Positions 16,928-27,371 of a stretch of 64,000 nucleotides of DNA are shown in pieces. The stretch is from the IMG/VR virus record IMGVR_UViG_3300001765_000076, positions 14,122-78,121 of that record. The stretch is one strand, 5' to 3'. The first letter of the stretch is position 1. Each line of letters opens with the position of its first letter. Under the pieces are notes generated by a model. The model had not been told where the DNA came from, ran no database searches, and saw nothing but the letters and a program-made list of their open reading frames with translations. This stretch comes from a virus. Lineage: Duplodnaviria > Caudoviricetes. Position numbers and translations under genes: made by a program.

Positions 16928-19330
16928 TTAATAATTATTATTCGTAATCGTTGTAATTGAACTTATATTATTTGTTTTATTTATTACTATACTTCCACCA
17001 GTATGCCAGTCTTTAATATCATCGATGTGAGCTATATGTAGTATGAATTGATAGTTTTCTTCAACTTTTTTATACATATTTTTTATGTTATCATAGTTTT
17101 CACTCGCTACGCCAGCTAGTATTTCATCTAATACAATAAAGTTTGGTTTTGGCATTGTCGATATACTACCCAGAACACACCTTAAAGCTAGTGCGGATGC
17201 CGTTTTCTCAAAACCAGATGCCCCAGCTAAATCTGATGCAACGTCATCTTTTATTATTTTAAACTCGACATCGTTTTTCTGTGTTAAATAAACTTCAACA
17301 TCAAAATCGCAAACATCATCTAATAGTCTACTTAGCTCTGAATTTATAATTGGTAGGGTTTTCTTCAATACCATTTTTGATATTCCGTTCTTACCAACCA
17401 TTTCAAGATAGACTTTCCAATTTTTAATTAAAACTAATTCACCATCTATTTCAGTAATTATCAGTTGGTTTATTTTAACTTTCTTATCTAGCTCCGTAAT
17501 ATTTCTTTTGCCATTTTCAATTTCTTTCAGTTTATTATCTCTTTCGACCGAAAAACTATTTAGTTTAGCGTTTATATTTACTAGATTTAAATCAATTTTA
17601 TTGTTTTGGTCTATTGACTCCTTGTTGTTGTTATATTCCTTGATTTTTTTGTCGTTTTCCCTGTATTCACCCCTTAGATTTTCGATTTGAACTGGAATTA
17701 TGCTAATTAAACTCTCTAGTTTTAGTTTCCTATCATATAATTTTTTATCACCCTCGATTTTTTCAATTTCTAATTTATTTGAATTTAATTTTGTTTTTGA
17801 ACTAATACCTTTTTCTGTTAAGTTAACTATTTTTAATTCATTTTCTTTTATTGTTTCAGTATTATCTAGACCATCATATTTTCTTTTACATGTTGGGCAT
17901 ACCTCGCTTTCAATGAGATTTTTATTTGTTGACTTTAATTGAATTATCTGATTTTTAATTTCATTTATCTCAATGGAGATTTCTTTATCTAGTTTTACCT
18001 TTTCTTTATAGGGTTCTTCGTTAAATTGAACTTCTCTTAATGTCTCAAACTCTGTGTTATGTGTTTCTAATTCAGCTTTCTTTAAACCAGCATCCGTTTT
18101 TATCCTCTCTAGCTTTATATTTGTACTATTGATGTCTAATTTTAGTATATTTTGATCTATCTGCTTTTTCGATGATAATAACGTGTCTTTGGTTTCTTGT
18201 TCGTTTTTAATTAAACTATTTAATTCAGTAACCCTATCATTTAGTAATAAATTATTTTCTTCGTTGTTTTTTATTGATGATAATGAGTTGGTTATCTCGG
18301 CTTCCAGCGTTGTCTTATCGTAAGTCCTTGATTTTAAACCTTTTTCAAACTCTTTATATTTATCTTTGGCTAATTTATCTTTTTCTTCTAGTGGAAATAA
18401 ACCAATCCATTTTGATAATAACCTACCTTTTTCTGTATTGCCAGTTTTAATCAAATCGTATAAATCATCTGATGTAGCTGAAACTATCATACTGAAATCT
18501 TTTTCACTACCAATGGCTTCTTTTATGATTTTATTGGTTTGAATTGAGTGTTCGCCCTGCTCGTTTATAGTATTATCAGCTAGTTCTTCTTTCTCTCCGT
18601 TTATAACTTTGTAGTATTTAACTTTTTGTGAACCGTCACCCCACTCACCAGTTTTTTTTCTAGCTCTAGTCACCAGTCTTTCAATTACATAGTCACTACC
18701 ATCTATTTTTAAACCACCAAAAACTCTGAATGTCGGAACATCTAAAAACTTATTGAATATCTCAGATAAATTATATGGCTTTTGTGTTTTTCCAAATAAT
18801 AAAAATGAAATTAAATCGATGGCCAGTGAACTTTTTCCGATTTGGTTCCTATTTTCACCAGAACCAGTAACCAGGGTCAAACCATTTAGTTTTGTAAAAT
18901 CTATTCTGTTTCCTTCTCCATATGATAAGAAATTATCAAATTCAACCCAATCAATTTCGTATTTACGATACTTGTCATAAATATCATAATCTATTTTTGA
19001 ATTAATTTCTGAATCTATTTTTTTAATGTGTTCGAAATCTACATCTACTATTTTGTTTTCATTGATATAATCATTGAATAACTTGATTTGAAACTTTGGG
19101 TCTTGAATACTATCAATTACTTCTGTTGAAACATCTATCTGTTCGCCTAAATCATTGGTTTTCACTGCTTTAAATGATACTTTTATAGACTCTTTTGTAA
19201 TACCATATCTATCTGACATAATAGAAATGATATTTTTCTTTGCTTCATGAGAATAATTAATTGGGTTATCACACCACTCAACAGCTATTTTAGCTTTCTT
19301 ACCTATTTTAATTTTATTATTATTTTCCAT
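16928..19330 (-). CDS. sbcC: SbcC/Rad50/T4 gp46-like recombination ATPase
   Basis: FDNFLSYG, Walker A ..IGKSS, CPTC zinc hook, ASGFEK signature, FIVLDE Walker B, long coiled coil. Confidence 0.9.
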   Translation of the reverse strand: MENNNKIKIGKKAKIAVEWCDNPINYSHEAKKNIISIMSDRYGITKESIKVSFKAVKTNDLGEQIDVSTEVIDSIQDPKFQIKLFNDYINENKIVDVDFEHIKKIDSEINSKIDYDIYDKYRKYEIDWVEFDNFLSYGEGNRIDFTKLNGLTLVTGSGENRNQIGKSSLAIDLISFLLFGKTQKPYNLSEIFNKFLDVPTFRVFGGLKIDGSDYVIERLVTRARKKTGEWGDGSQKVKYYKVINGEKEELADNTINEQGEHSIQTNKIIKEAIGSEKDFSMIVSATSDDLYDLIKTGNTEKGRLLSKWIGLFPLEEKDKLAKDKYKEFEKGLKSRTYDKTTLEAEITNSLSSIKNNEENNLLLNDRVTELNSLIKNEQETKDTLLSSKKQIDQNILKLDINSTNIKLERIKTDAGLKKAELETHNTEFETLREVQFNEEPYKEKVKLDKEISIEINEIKNQIIQLKSTNKNLIESEVCPTCKRKYDGLDNTETIKENELKIVNLTEKGISSKTKLNSNKLEIEKIEGDKKLYDRKLKLESLISIIPVQIENLRGEYRENDKKIKEYNNNKESIDQNNKIDLNLVNINAKLNSFSVERDNKLKEIENGKRNITELDKKVKINQLIITEIDGELVLIKNWKVYLEMVGKNGISKMVLKKTLPIINSELSRLLDDVCDFDVEVYLTQKNDVEFKIIKDDVASDLAGASGFEKTASALALRCVLGSISTMPKPNFIVLDEILAGVASENYDNIKNMYKKVEENYQFILHIAHIDDIKDWHTGGSIVINKTNNISSITTITNNNY

Positions 19331-19369
19331 TTGTGTTATAAAACTATTTTATTATTTTGAATTACAACG

Positions 19370-19401
19370 CAAATGTACGAAAAACTTTTGAGATAACCAA
19401 A
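19370..19401 (-). promoter_or_regulatory. Bacteroidota sigmaA-type promoter
   Basis: TTTG-N20-TACATTTG. Confidence 0.85.
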
Positions 19402-20292
19402 TTAAATGGCAATAAAACTTATTTGGTTACCATAACCAGTACCACTATCATTTGTCGCATATGCTCTAACGTGATAAGTTAATCCAGCAGTTAAACCAGT
19501 TATTTGACCAGTAAATGATGCGTAGGCTTCTGTATTGGTTGTTTTTGAATTTGAAATTGTCGGTAAAACACTTGTAGACCAACAAATACCTTTCGTATGT
19601 ACACCAGTAAGACCTTCATCTATTACATTTCCACCACTCATAGCGGTATTATTAACTCTATTTGTTACTGCGGTAGTTACCAAAATCGGAACTGAAACGC
19701 AGCCATATACGGAAGTTGATTGATTGTATGATGGCGAATTTGGGTTTATATCAACTGAATAAATAACTTTATAGCCAGTTTCCTCATTGCAATCATTTAA
19801 TTCTTTATAATACCAACCATCACCAGTACCATTCCATACCTCATTTGTTTCGATATCACTTATAGCCCACATTGGATCTGTATTTGTAGCACAACCACTA
19901 TATTTAGTTTCATGGTCTAATCTAAAAAATTCTAACCCAGTAGTACCAGTTGATGTATCAAATATAACCCTATCTTCTATTGGTGAACCCTCATTATCAG
20001 TATAACCAGTTGTAACTAATTTATTTATATATGTTTCAACCCAACCCGTAATAGGAATTTCATTTGTACTAACACAAATACCATTGTCAGTTGTATTTAT
20101 TGAATAATTTGGGTTGGCGTTTTTATATGATGTTATATACATACCAGTATTGGTATATCCAGTTTTTCTCACCCCGTATGACTCACTGCAAGTACAACCA
20201 GTTATTTCCTGATTGTACTCATAATATAAATATTGTTTAATTAAGCAAATACCACCATTGGTATCACCAGTCATTCCGTTTAATAGGTTCAT
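19402..20292 (-). CDS. Thr/Gly-rich virion-type protein with C-terminal FN3-like module
   Basis: TAMSGGNVIDEG..KGICWSTSVLPT..TYHVRAYATNDSGTGYG. Confidence 0.7.
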   Translation of the reverse strand: MNLLNGMTGDTNGGICLIKQYLYYEYNQEITGCTCSESYGVRKTGYTNTGMYITSYKNANPNYSINTTDNGICVSTNEIPITGWVETYINKLVTTGYTDNEGSPIEDRVIFDTSTGTTGLEFFRLDHETKYSGCATNTDPMWAISDIETNEVWNGTGDGWYYKELNDCNEETGYKVIYSVDINPNSPSYNQSTSVYGCVSVPILVTTAVTNRVNNTAMSGGNVIDEGLTGVHTKGICWSTSVLPTISNSKTTNTEAYASFTGQITGLTAGLTYHVRAYATNDSGTGYGNQISFIAI

Positions 20293-20354
20293 TTGATGTT
20301 TGTTTCTATATATGTTTTTTTTTACCTATAATGCATTTAAATTATAAATCAGGA

Positions 20355-20386
20355 CAAAGGTATAACTAATATTTGACACTACCAAA
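20355..20386 (-). promoter_or_regulatory. Variant Bacteroidota sigmaA-type promoter
   Basis: TTTG(GT)-N20-TACCTTTG; same spacing as the repeat family. Confidence 0.6.
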
Positions 20387-20461
20387 CATTTTTGATCATT
20401 TTACCAAAAAAGTTTTAGTTTAATACCAAAATAGTTAGAATTAAGTTTTTTGGATTTATTA

Positions 20462-21724
20462 TTACGTCCAGCTTGTTATTGGTGTTCTTTTCCACACATT
20501 ATTATTTACACAAACATAAATATAATCGGTACAAAATCTAATGTCACCTGCAACTCCAGCGCTAGTTGCAGTATTAGGAGCATCAGACATTGATGGGTTT
20601 AACCTAACTGCAGACCATGTACTATCGCCATGCACCCCAGTAGTTGCCACTTGTAGTGTCATTTGAGTATCGCTAGATATATGTTCTATTACATGAGGCT
20701 CATTGAATATATATCCATCTGGAGCTGATGGTTGTTGAGTTTTTAGAAGTATAGTGTCTCCATCTGAATATGATGAAAAATTTGTTCCAGTACCATTTAT
20801 AGTCGTAGCTCCAACCGCAAATGCATTTATAGTACCAGTTGGTATTGGAGCTGTTCCTACTATATTTAAGTCTCCTTTAAGGTAGGTTTTTGTATTTGTA
20901 TTCTTACCTATTGTTATAGTGTTAGAACCTTTTCCAATTGCTCCAGCTCCGATAACAATTTCCTCAGATACCCCAGCAGCAGAAGCAACAGATCCAGAAC
21001 CTATAAATATATTATTATCTCCAGTGCATAAATCTCCTGCATTTTTACCAATAGAGGTATTATAGTTTCCAGACACATTGTCGTTTAAAGAGCCTAATCC
21101 TATTGAGGTATTTCCATAACCTATAGTGTTTCTAGCTAGGGAATTACCACCAACTCCTACATTATCTATTCCAGTAGTATTATCCCTTAATGATGTATGT
21201 CCCAAAGCCACGTTTGAACTGCCTGTAGTGTTTGACGTTAAAGAATCAATACCAAGTGCTGAATTATTACTACCAAATGTATTGTTATCAAGAGAATTTG
21301 ACCCAACAGCAGTATTCCCATACCCTTGATTTTCAGTAGTCCCACCAACTCCATTATTGGTTAATGCACCAACACCTATTGCAGTATTTCTGAGCACACC
21401 AACTCTAGCATTTAATAATGCATTTAGTCCAACACTGGTGTTTGATGTATCTATTGACCCAGTAGACCCATTTACTGAACCTAATTTAACAGTTCCAGTA
21501 AATCTTGGGTTATCTATAGTTGCTTCCCCAGTAAATGACATGTTTGCACCATTCAGTAAAATAGAATCTTCTATTGTTACTATTCCAGTAAATGTTGGAT
21601 TATCAAATAAATTATTCTTTGTTATTGTTTTGTTTGCATCTGCGCCAGTGCCTTCTAACACACATAATTTAGTATTTGCACTACCTGATGTTATGCTACC
21701 TACTTCCGACCATTTTTTTCCCAT
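20462..21724 (-). CDS. Tail fibre/adhesin-like protein with beta-helix repeats
   Basis: About 14-aa repeats N(T/S)A(V/L/I)G..(S/A)L..N. Confidence 0.7.
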   Translation of the reverse strand: MGKKWSEVGSITSGSANTKLCVLEGTGADANKTITKNNLFDNPTFTGIVTIEDSILLNGANMSFTGEATIDNPRFTGTVKLGSVNGSTGSIDTSNTSVGLNALLNARVGVLRNTAIGVGALTNNGVGGTTENQGYGNTAVGSNSLDNNTFGSNNSALGIDSLTSNTTGSSNVALGHTSLRDNTTGIDNVGVGGNSLARNTIGYGNTSIGLGSLNDNVSGNYNTSIGKNAGDLCTGDNNIFIGSGSVASAAGVSEEIVIGAGAIGKGSNTITIGKNTNTKTYLKGDLNIVGTAPIPTGTINAFAVGATTINGTGTNFSSYSDGDTILLKTQQPSAPDGYIFNEPHVIEHISSDTQMTLQVATTGVHGDSTWSAVRLNPSMSDAPNTATSAGVAGDIRFCTDYIYVCVNNNVWKRTPITSWT

Positions 21725-21744
21725 AATATTATTATTTGTTTTGT

Positions 21745-21754
21745 TATAAATATA
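21745..21754 (-). promoter_or_regulatory. Candidate late promoter TATATTTATA
   Basis: 20 nt upstream of the start at 21724. Confidence 0.5.
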
Positions 21755-21779
21755 TTGTTATTTTATTTTATTCGTTTTT

Positions 21780-24734
21780 TTAAGTAAACATATTTTCAAC
21801 CAATGACCAATTTTCACTAGCATCTCTATTACATGTACCATCATCACCCCTAAATCTAACCTCTCTATCGAAGCCATTGAAATTATTATCTCCGTTATCT
21901 AGCCATTGCCAATTGCCATCTACACCGAAATCTTTATTAATTATGTCAATTAAGCCAGCGTAACCAGTTGAGCCCGTATCAAAGTAATTTATATTTTTGT
22001 ATCTTAATATACTTTTTCCCGTAAATGTCTGTGTTGTTCCTGTGGCGTATCTTTCACACGTTTTTTCGGCTAATATCCATTTTGGTTCAATTGTATTTAT
22101 TTTAACAAAGTCAAATATTGCCGTGCTTGGTATTACTTGTTCTAAATATGGTAGTAACAGCGATTTTATTATATTATAAATATCATCTTCGGTTGCACCT
22201 AAAACACTACCCTCTAACATCGCATTGTTCTCATCCTCCATTAATTCATTAACACCATCTTCCATTAGTAACGATATTGCAAAGTCGTTCAATATTTTAC
22301 TCGTATCTATACCGATAACAAAGTTTTTAAGATTTAACGTTAGCTTATCTTCTCTTTTTTTGATTGTCCATGTATTTGTTGGTTGGTCATAATCTAAATC
22401 CCACGTTTCCCCGTATTTAAATGTATATGCAACACCGTTAAACGACCAATTTATTGAGTTTTTATAATCGTTACTAAAATGAAATATAAATTTTCTACTT
22501 CTAATTAAGCTCGTGGTTGTTTTTGGGGTTGTCTGATAAATTTTAAACAAGATGCTAGATGGGCTATCTGCTGTTAATGTATAACCCATAAAATATTCTT
22601 TATCAGCTTTAAATGGTTTGCCCTTAAATATTATTTTATCGTTGTTCACTGTTTTGCCACTAGATATTGTGAAACCAGTGGTATGACCAGTTATATCAAT
22701 GGTTGGATAGTAATCTTGATTATCAATATCATTTTTAAATAGGTTTTTGAATTGGTCAACGTAGTTGAAACCACCATCGTACACTCCGCTACCTACGTGT
22801 GGGTTATTACCAGTTGTTATTTCATTTACATAGGTACCGCCAGTGTAATCGGTATGATAACCCCCAGTTTCTCTGTACCAACTTCCTTTTTGTTGAAAAT
22901 AAAATGAGTTTGAATTGATCATCGGTCTTGGATAGCCATAAGTATTTCCAGATATCAAAAATACTTGACCATCATCGATACATTTACCACTAATACCATC
23001 GGTGTCTAAAATATAATAATTTTCACTTCCAGATGGTGATTTTACAAATGTGTCTAAATTTAAACCAGTATATAATATATTTCTAGTCTCATCGGTAGTT
23101 GTCTCTATTTCAACGTATCTAACATCCGAGTTTAAATCGGCTATTTTTTGTAAAGATGTATCAACTAAAAAATTATCTACTTTCTGAGTGTATTCCCTTA
23201 TTTGATAATAGTTTTCATCAACACCCAGTAAATTCATAACCTTTCTAATGGCCTTTTTAGTCCCTTTACTCCTCCATATATAGGGTGAATTTATTATCAT
23301 TCTTCTATTCACCTCACTATCAACCTCTTTTGTTGATAGCGAACCTAGTGCTCCTGGAAACATGCCAGCTACCGTACTACCACTTAAAGGAAATGTTTTA
23401 GTTATTGAGTTTACATCCCACCCTAACATATTTAATTTTCCACTCAGATATTGTTCTGGTAAATTATTTTCTTTATTATATGTTATGTTGTTAGAAAATG
23501 AAATCCCATCAATATACTTTTTTACTTGATCAAACTCTCTACCATATAGTCTAAGTACTTTCTGAATTTTAGTACCCCCAATTATGTATTCATCTAATAA
23601 ATCACCATCCGTAACTCTCTCATAGGTGGTGTCCATGTTTTTGATTGAGTCGTGGGCTAACATCCTATATAGATTGTCCGAATATACTTCATCTATGTAA
23701 TTAGATGCATCTACCAACTCTTGCACAAATAGAACGTAGTCCATTGATGAGATGTCTAGGTTATAAGTATCTGGCGTTTCCCATATAAACTGTCTATACT
23801 CAAATGTAGTACCAAATTCAGTTTCTTTTGGTATTTTTATCAACGACCTATATTTTGGCGATGTTTTTCTATTCAATAATACTCTTTGTAAATCATCTAA
23901 ACTGTCAAAAAATTCATTTATTTTAAAGTTATTTGGTCTTATGTGTAGTGATGTTGACAGTGTAATTGGATTACTTAGATTGAAAGTCAGTGTTTGATTA
24001 ATTTCGTTCGATGTAAGGCCAGTAACTGTCGCTAGTTGAATATCATTGGAAACTACAACAAAGTCGTTGTATGAGCTTGCAATTACCCTTAAATCATAAC
24101 CTAGATTGGTTCTTGTATTGGCGTAACTATTTAAATCAATTCCGAATGTATTGGTTATATCACTAATTGGAATTGTTAATGTATTCCCTTGTTGAATAAT
24201 GGTAATATCTTCGTTTTGCGCTAGCTCTCCGTTTTCCATTAATTCATTATCTCCGTTCTCCATTAGTAATTCATCGCTTATGATTGTATCATAGGATATG
24301 TATAACCCAGCTGGAAATCTATTTATTATGTCTTCAATACCACCTTTTATCAATGTATTACATGAACCAAAATAAGAAAATTTAGTTAAATCGTCGTATG
24401 TCTTTTCTAAATCAATATATGTTTTAGGTATTTCTAGTTGTTTTGATGTAATTGGTTGTGTTGTTGAGCTTTCTTGACTTTCACTGATTAAAATATCTTC
24501 TAACGTAAATATATCACTTGTTTCACTGCTGACTATTGTTTTTTTGTCGGTTGGTGTTGTATTAACTATAAAAGTAAACCCGCCTTCACTTCTAATAACT
24601 AAATTCCCATTTACATCGTTATATGGCTGTGAATAGCTCAGTAAGTCCGTCTCAAAAATTTTACTATTTTGAGCTACGACTGGATTGCTTTTTTGAACGT
24701 AATTACTTGTTGATTTTATATATTTTTTCGCCAT
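21780..24734 (-). CDS. Baseplate/tail structural protein (gp7/gpI-like segment)
   Basis: 984 aa; LNMLGWD..IINSPYIWRSKGTKKAIR motif; structural-cluster context. Confidence 0.6.
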   Translation of the reverse strand: MAKKYIKSTSNYVQKSNPVVAQNSKIFETDLLSYSQPYNDVNGNLVIRSEGGFTFIVNTTPTDKKTIVSSETSDIFTLEDILISESQESSTTQPITSKQLEIPKTYIDLEKTYDDLTKFSYFGSCNTLIKGGIEDIINRFPAGLYISYDTIISDELLMENGDNELMENGELAQNEDITIIQQGNTLTIPISDITNTFGIDLNSYANTRTNLGYDLRVIASSYNDFVVVSNDIQLATVTGLTSNEINQTLTFNLSNPITLSTSLHIRPNNFKINEFFDSLDDLQRVLLNRKTSPKYRSLIKIPKETEFGTTFEYRQFIWETPDTYNLDISSMDYVLFVQELVDASNYIDEVYSDNLYRMLAHDSIKNMDTTYERVTDGDLLDEYIIGGTKIQKVLRLYGREFDQVKKYIDGISFSNNITYNKENNLPEQYLSGKLNMLGWDVNSITKTFPLSGSTVAGMFPGALGSLSTKEVDSEVNRRMIINSPYIWRSKGTKKAIRKVMNLLGVDENYYQIREYTQKVDNFLVDTSLQKIADLNSDVRYVEIETTTDETRNILYTGLNLDTFVKSPSGSENYYILDTDGISGKCIDDGQVFLISGNTYGYPRPMINSNSFYFQQKGSWYRETGGYHTDYTGGTYVNEITTGNNPHVGSGVYDGGFNYVDQFKNLFKNDIDNQDYYPTIDITGHTTGFTISSGKTVNNDKIIFKGKPFKADKEYFMGYTLTADSPSSILFKIYQTTPKTTTSLIRSRKFIFHFSNDYKNSINWSFNGVAYTFKYGETWDLDYDQPTNTWTIKKREDKLTLNLKNFVIGIDTSKILNDFAISLLMEDGVNELMEDENNAMLEGSVLGATEDDIYNIIKSLLLPYLEQVIPSTAIFDFVKINTIEPKWILAEKTCERYATGTTQTFTGKSILRYKNINYFDTGSTGYAGLIDIINKDFGVDGNWQWLDNGDNNFNGFDREVRFRGDDGTCNRDASENWSLVENMFT

Positions 24735-24756
24735 TTTACTATGTAAATTTTATTTT

Positions 24757-25647
24757 TTAAACGCTCCCCACGATTGTATCATGATCCTGTGTGAAATCAA
24801 TACTCGTTTGTGTTTCCTTAACGTCGTATATAGCCGTTCCAGTAGCATCTTCTTTTATTAGATAATATTGTTTTTGATCGTATATTTGATTGTTTTTATC
24901 GTATGTCGTGATGAGGCCTTTATCTAAGTTTCTTATTTGATTCCCATTGATAGTTGTGTATAGCGATTCAACATCGTTTTCAGTCATTTCGATTTCAATC
25001 ATTGTTGGATTAAAGAAAGTGTTTGAAAGTATTATCCTTGAACCTGGATTACCAATAAATGGTACTGAGTTCGCTTTTATCGTACTAGCAGATGATGGTG
25101 TAACAGTCAAAAACATTAAATCTGAACTATCATTAAATCTATATCTAATTGATTTCTGACTTGAACTAGTTACATTTTGATTTACTGGCTCACATCTATT
25201 ATTTGACGTTATAATTTTAAAGAAGTTATTTATTTTTACGCCAGATTGGTCATAATATTCCAATCTGTAACCAGTTAAACTATCATTTTCAAATGTTTGA
25301 TTTGGAATTGCTGATAGTTTTAAAACGACACCCTTTACATCTGGATAGGCTGAAAGTACACCAATGTCTAATATAGTGGTTTCAATTTCTTTTGGTCTGA
25401 TCATTATATTATAAATACCACTTCTATTGAAAGTGTCTAATGGTAATTTCAAATTATATATACCATCTAGGTTTGTAGCCGTTCCGTTATTTACTTGCTG
25501 TCCCCTTACTAAATATTTTGTAGCATCAACAGATGTAAAACCAGTAGAAACAGCACTTCTAGTCTCTTGATACGATAAAAATACATCCGCATCTGATGTT
25601 GGATTGAAATTTGCTTGTTTAACTATACCGTAAGAACCTGAAGCTAT
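24757..25647 (-). CDS. Structural protein; frame extends 65 codons upstream of the track start to an ATA
   Basis: Open frame IASGSYGIVKQANFNPTSDADVFLSY..DGIYNLKLP after a poly-A leader; no ATG/GTG/TTG between the upstream TGA and 25452. Confidence 0.65.
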   Translation of the reverse strand: MASGSYGIVKQANFNPTSDADVFLSYQETRSAVSTGFTSVDATKYLVRGQQVNNGTATNLDGIYNLKLPLDTFNRSGIYNIMIRPKEIETTILDIGVLSAYPDVKGVVLKLSAIPNQTFENDSLTGYRLEYYDQSGVKINNFFKIITSNNRCEPVNQNVTSSSQKSIRYRFNDSSDLMFLTVTPSSASTIKANSVPFIGNPGSRIILSNTFFNPTMIEIEMTENDVESLYTTINGNQIRNLDKGLITTYDKNNQIYDQKQYYLIKEDATGTAIYDVKETQTSIDFTQDHDTIVGSV

Positions 25648-25664
25648 GTTATTTTTCTTTTTTT

Positions 25665-26561
25665 TTATATTATCTTGTAATAGCCATTTCCATAGCTTTC
25701 TAGGTCATCTAAACCACTTATTTCACCAAATTTAAGATGTTTTTCAAATGTGGTATTAGTAACCCTATCTATATTTACATCTATCATTCTTTTTACTGGT
25801 TCAACTAAACCTATTAAGTGTTCTAATTTTATACTTGACACTAGAACTGAATTTTCTTGTGTTAAACCACTTGTATGGTAATTTACTGATGATAAACCAT
25901 TTGCCGTATCTTGATAGTGTATACCAGTTGTAGTTGATTTACCTAAATCGTAACCTATTATATATGAGTATAGGTTTTGTTTTGAGTTATTTGTGTTTTT
26001 ACTCTCACCAGTTATTTTATTATATGTTCCATTGATATTTTTATGTTCGTCGGTAAATCCACTATTAGTTCTTGGGTTATATAAATCTCTATCACTATCT
26101 TTTTTTGTATGTCTTCTAAATGTATCTATCTGTGAATCACCAGTATAATTTACTGTGTACCCATTCCCAGCGTACCTATTGGTTATCAACCATTGTAATT
26201 GATTAAATGCATTACCAATACTTTCACTTACAATACATTTATAACTATAATCATTATAATAAACAGTTTCACCCATATAATAAGTCTTACCAGCGACCCA
26301 GTTTTCGCATACGTCGGTTTTCACACCTAAATCATCGATTGTCAGTGTTATTAAAATAGGTATAGCACTAATGATAGCATTTGAACTTGTTTGTCCAGTA
26401 TAATAAACAATAGCACCACCATTAGTCCTCCCAGTTACTTCACCCCAGTGAGATGTCAAACCAGTGCAAATAGCATCTTCTGGGATTAAACCATTGACTA
26501 AATATGGATTTGTTCTACATTGAAAATCCCTTATACATATTTTCTTTTTAATTACTTCCAC
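25665..26561 (-). CDS. Structural protein with carbohydrate-binding-like WxAGKTY segment
   Basis: WVAGKTYYMGETVYYNDYSYKC resembles CBM5/12-type motifs; TG-rich. Confidence 0.55.
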   Translation of the reverse strand: MEVIKKKICIRDFQCRTNPYLVNGLIPEDAICTGLTSHWGEVTGRTNGGAIVYYTGQTSSNAIISAIPILITLTIDDLGVKTDVCENWVAGKTYYMGETVYYNDYSYKCIVSESIGNAFNQLQWLITNRYAGNGYTVNYTGDSQIDTFRRHTKKDSDRDLYNPRTNSGFTDEHKNINGTYNKITGESKNTNNSKQNLYSYIIGYDLGKSTTTGIHYQDTANGLSSVNYHTSGLTQENSVLVSSIKLEHLIGLVEPVKRMIDVNIDRVTNTTFEKHLKFGEISGLDDLESYGNGYYKII

Positions 26562-27371
26562 CTAGATTGCTTTTCCTTGATATAAATTTATTTCAATGTT
26601 TTTATTTGTTAAATTGTCAAACCAATAAATATATTTATCCGTTGTTTGGTTATAGTCAACATTTACCTTTGTGAACATATAATTGGGTACAGCTTTTAGC
26701 GTTGTACCATTAGCATTAGATGGTTTTGAATTAAAAAATAACAATGATTTCCCATTTATTGCATTATTATATTCACATTTCATATAAATAGATGTTATAT
26801 TATTTTTTTGGACATCGTCTTTGAATAAATATAGATAATACCCCTCGAATGATTTCAATTCAGAACTTGTCTTTGGGTTTTTCACCAGAAATTCAGTTGT
26901 TAAACCACTATAATCAATACCATAGTTTATATAATTACCGTATATCTTATCTACATCTAAAAAAATAGTCGAATAAAATAATAGATTTTGAGTCTTTAGA
27001 TCGTTGGAATCATAAAATGAAACCCTAATAAATGTTTTTTTTAATCTATTTCTTTTATTAATAATATCATCTTCTATAAAACCAACATCTAATAATCTAC
27101 TGGTATCTACTGACCACCCCTGAGTTCCACCAGTATAAAAATGTAACTTAAAATTAATTGAATTTATATCTAGTATACCAGTTTCACCAGTTACTGGATG
27201 TAATTTAATTTTTTCATAATCAATTATTGTATTAACTATGTCTTCACCAGTTATATCAAAATTTTCTTCAATCCTTTCGTATTGTTTTGTATTTGGAGAG
27301 AAATCTGTACTTATAGGCATTGATATAGTCCCCCCAGTTAAATCTCCGAATCTTAATTTATATTTTAACAT
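26562..27371 (-). CDS. Structural protein (unassigned)
   Basis: 269 aa, coupled within the structural operon. Confidence 0.7.
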   Translation of the reverse strand: MLKYKLRFGDLTGGTISMPISTDFSPNTKQYERIEENFDITGEDIVNTIIDYEKIKLHPVTGETGILDINSINFKLHFYTGGTQGWSVDTSRLLDVGFIEDDIINKRNRLKKTFIRVSFYDSNDLKTQNLLFYSTIFLDVDKIYGNYINYGIDYSGLTTEFLVKNPKTSSELKSFEGYYLYLFKDDVQKNNITSIYMKCEYNNAINGKSLLFFNSKPSNANGTTLKAVPNYMFTKVNVDYNQTTDKYIYWFDNLTNKNIEINLYQGKAI

